Source: Phoronis australis
Lineage: Eukaryota > Animalia > Phoronida
Assembly: GCA_002633005.1 (NCBI GenBank)
Contig: NMRA01000017.1
Span: 12,463-76,462, forward strand
Reading direction: 5' to 3'
DNA: 64,000 bases
A program made the translations under genes and the position numbers. Below are positions 61,548 to 64,000 of the stretch, in pieces. Position 1 is the stretch's first letter. Every line of letters starts with the position of its first letter. Under the pieces are notes generated by a model. It made no database searches. It was not told the origin of the DNA and saw nothing but the letters and a program-made list of their open reading frames with translations.

Positions 61548-64000
61548 GAGCCATTCTCAATGAATCGCGACAATTCGACACCTGAGACACTCGATTTCAA
61601 GTATCTTCATATGGAGCTAACATATTATTTTTTCTTAGTTTAACATATGAATAATAAGTTTTGAACATTTTCTTCAGCTCAGCAAGTGCAGTTATAGAGT
61701 TCTTTTGTTGTTTTATTAGAGCAACAAGATAATTTACTTGAAAACTGAAATTCGCGTTCGTTGGGTCAATTTTCGCTTTAGTTTGTAATCAATTTGACAA
61801 CAAACAATCTCATTGTGCAATTTTATCAATCAGCATGCTTGGTAAAACCAAGAAAAACATCTCTTAGTATTTTCTACTTTCTTGTGTATTCTTCATGGAC
61901 ATATAAAATTAAACTTTTGAATTAAAATTTTTGCTTTTTTAAAACTGGTCGTTTGTTTATAACGATGTTTTATAAAAACAGGTGCCGTGGTGTTTGCACT
62001 TTTCTTAATCTTCATTAGGAACTATCGATCATTCAAAAACTGGTAGCCAATATCCGGTAACGTGATGACTAAGAAATCCTGAAGTGAATTTAAAAACGTC
62101 TCGTAAATGGCACAAGATGTCCCGTAAGTGAGGGGCAAGTGATAATGTGACGTTGGTTATTATTTCTGACCCCCAACACTTCAGGAAATAACTTGTATGA
62201 AATAATGACGGATAGTATACGTATTTAAGGCTATTTCTTGTCACCTGTATGAGTTGATGTAACTGATTATGTAATAAAAATGGCAACAGATTATATTTCA
62301 AGCGTCCGTGTTGCAAGAAGGCACATGGAGACATTTGTAACACAACTCACATGTACATGTACTGGTAAATCCAAAAGTTTGCATTCAACATTTTTACAAC
62401 ATCTGCTATACAACTGTGCCTGACATATAACACGTCAAAAGCCATGTCCCGTAAATGACGACTTAAGGTAATTCAAGCTTTGACAATTAATCTAAAGACT
62501 GTTAAGGTTAAAAACCTTTTCACGGCAATGTTAACTTGGCTTTAAAATTCATTAGGAGAAATCAAGGTAGTCCAGCAATTCATCTGACGCCTTGAACGCT
62601 CTGCGGCTCTTCCCAGCAGGTGCTAGGTCCAGGACGAGCTTCAGGATGTCATCTTTCCGGAGCCAAATCTTGTTTCCTTCGGTCACATAAGCAATCCACT
62701 CATTTTACTGGACGGCTGCACGAAGTTGACTTCCACAGGCAAATCGACATCATCTGTGTCCACGACTTGTCCGAGATATCATCGACCTTCATATTTACAA
62801 ACAAAATCGCTTTGCTTCACTTATATATTGACTTCTTTGGTCTCAGCTAAAACTCTCTTGTCTTTCGACTTTTTGTACTTCTGTCAGTCCTGACACTGGT
62901 ACGAAAGACCCGTAAGTCGTTCAGTTTCTGTTCTAAGCCATTCGTCACGAAGTTGTGCCTTTTTACGTGCTCCGTAGACTATTCTTTCATCCGCTGCGAC
63001 TTGAATTTTGGCATTCTGCAACACAAACAAAGGTGACAAACTCTAATTAATAGGTATTAAATAAAATGAAACGATGTCATCACTATTTTTGCAAGGTCAG
63101 CTGCATTAAGTTATGTATCGTCACACATAATAATTCAATTACTACTTAAAATGAATTTAATTTGAGTGAAAATAAAACAAATCACTTACGGGACACTGAA
63201 TGTCATTTACGTGACAATTTTTTACGAGAACTTATCAAGACCAACGTCAAGCAAATTCTAATCAAAGCATGTTTTACAGGAAGCATTCCGTCACTTCTTT
63301 TAGTACGTTAATAACAACCTTAAAACATGCCAATTAGAAAAGGGAGATTACAGAAAACTTACCCAAACGTTCTGCTGACTTCTTTAGTGAGTATTTTCAG
63401 ACAGTATCAAAGTCGGCTGAAGCGCAAGTGCTCGTTCTTGAAAAATTGACCTACATTCATGTCACACATGCCAATAGTAAGTGAAATTAATTGGACTTGA
63501 CCTAATTATAAAATTGTCGTCCCGTAAATGAAGGCTCGTAAGATAAGCAACCAATTTCAAATGCCAAAATTTTTCCTAAATGTCCGCCATTAACTTTCAA
63601 ATCTGTGCATTGATTTCGCACATCACCATAGCTTTGTAGAGTTATTTTAGTTTCCACATCTTCATTTTAACCAACGCACTATTGTTGAGTTTATGCACGT
63701 CTCGTAAATGATTCAAAAAAAAATTCCACCGCGCTTCTTGAAAAGCAGTGCCATGCAGCCACTTTCAGATGAGGCAAAGGTTTAAATAAAATTAATGCAG
63801 TCGCCGTTTTTTGTGTAATACAAATTATTGATCGCGAATTTACTAAAATATCTCTTGAAACTTTTTTTTACAAAAACACGCCAATGAGATCTCGTAAATG
63901 ATTTGAGATTTGGCTTCACTCAGTAAACATGGTGCTAATTAAAATTTATTTTTTGTTCATGAAAAACGTTGACTTTCTCTTTGAATATGTCTCACTGAGT
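61548..64000 (-). mobile_element. Internally deleted DNA transposon remnant (tentatively Sola2-like), running off the window
   Basis: GAG-initial left end; repeated TC(C/T)CGTAAATGA motifs; minus-strand 62553-63015 joins MPKFKSQRMKE to a Tudor-like transposase tail (FVCKYEGR*YLGQVV..VEVNFVQP..KIWLRKDDILKLV..RRAFK). Confidence 0.5.

Overview
Eukaryotic, intron-rich and AT-rich animal genomic DNA. It is probably from a marine invertebrate such as a lophotrochozoan (inferred from the repeat landscape). No prokaryotic features, CRISPR arrays, rRNA or intact tRNA genes are seen. Contents: (1) the last three coding exons of METTL5 (+, 1439-3415). (2) Two tandem paralogous 7-exon genes on the minus strand, assembled by hand: gene A 4465-23837 (369 aa) and gene B 29096-42750 (356 aa). 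Each encodes signal peptide + single ZP-N-like domain + LDLa-like repeat lacking most Ca2+-cage residues + Cys-containing domain + GPI-type tail. Both share identical exon phases and a 25-nt micro-exon. (3) An intronless ~800-codon orphan repeat-protein ORF with one in-frame stop, nested antisense in intron 2 of gene A; its 3' end is duplicated across an assembly gap. (4) Many transposons: a decayed Academ (XPG-type) element with a nested Harbinger-type MITE; a Penelope GIY-YIG fragment with a 14-bp TSD and a minimal hammerhead ribozyme inside a Kolobok-type MITE; several Kolobok/TTAA elements; GC-rich hAT-like MITEs; CR1/L2 LINE fragments; and a probable Sola2-like remnant. (5) Several minisatellites, one with higher-order structure, and a near-perfect 63-bp hairpin. 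All calls are by eye; no database searches were run.
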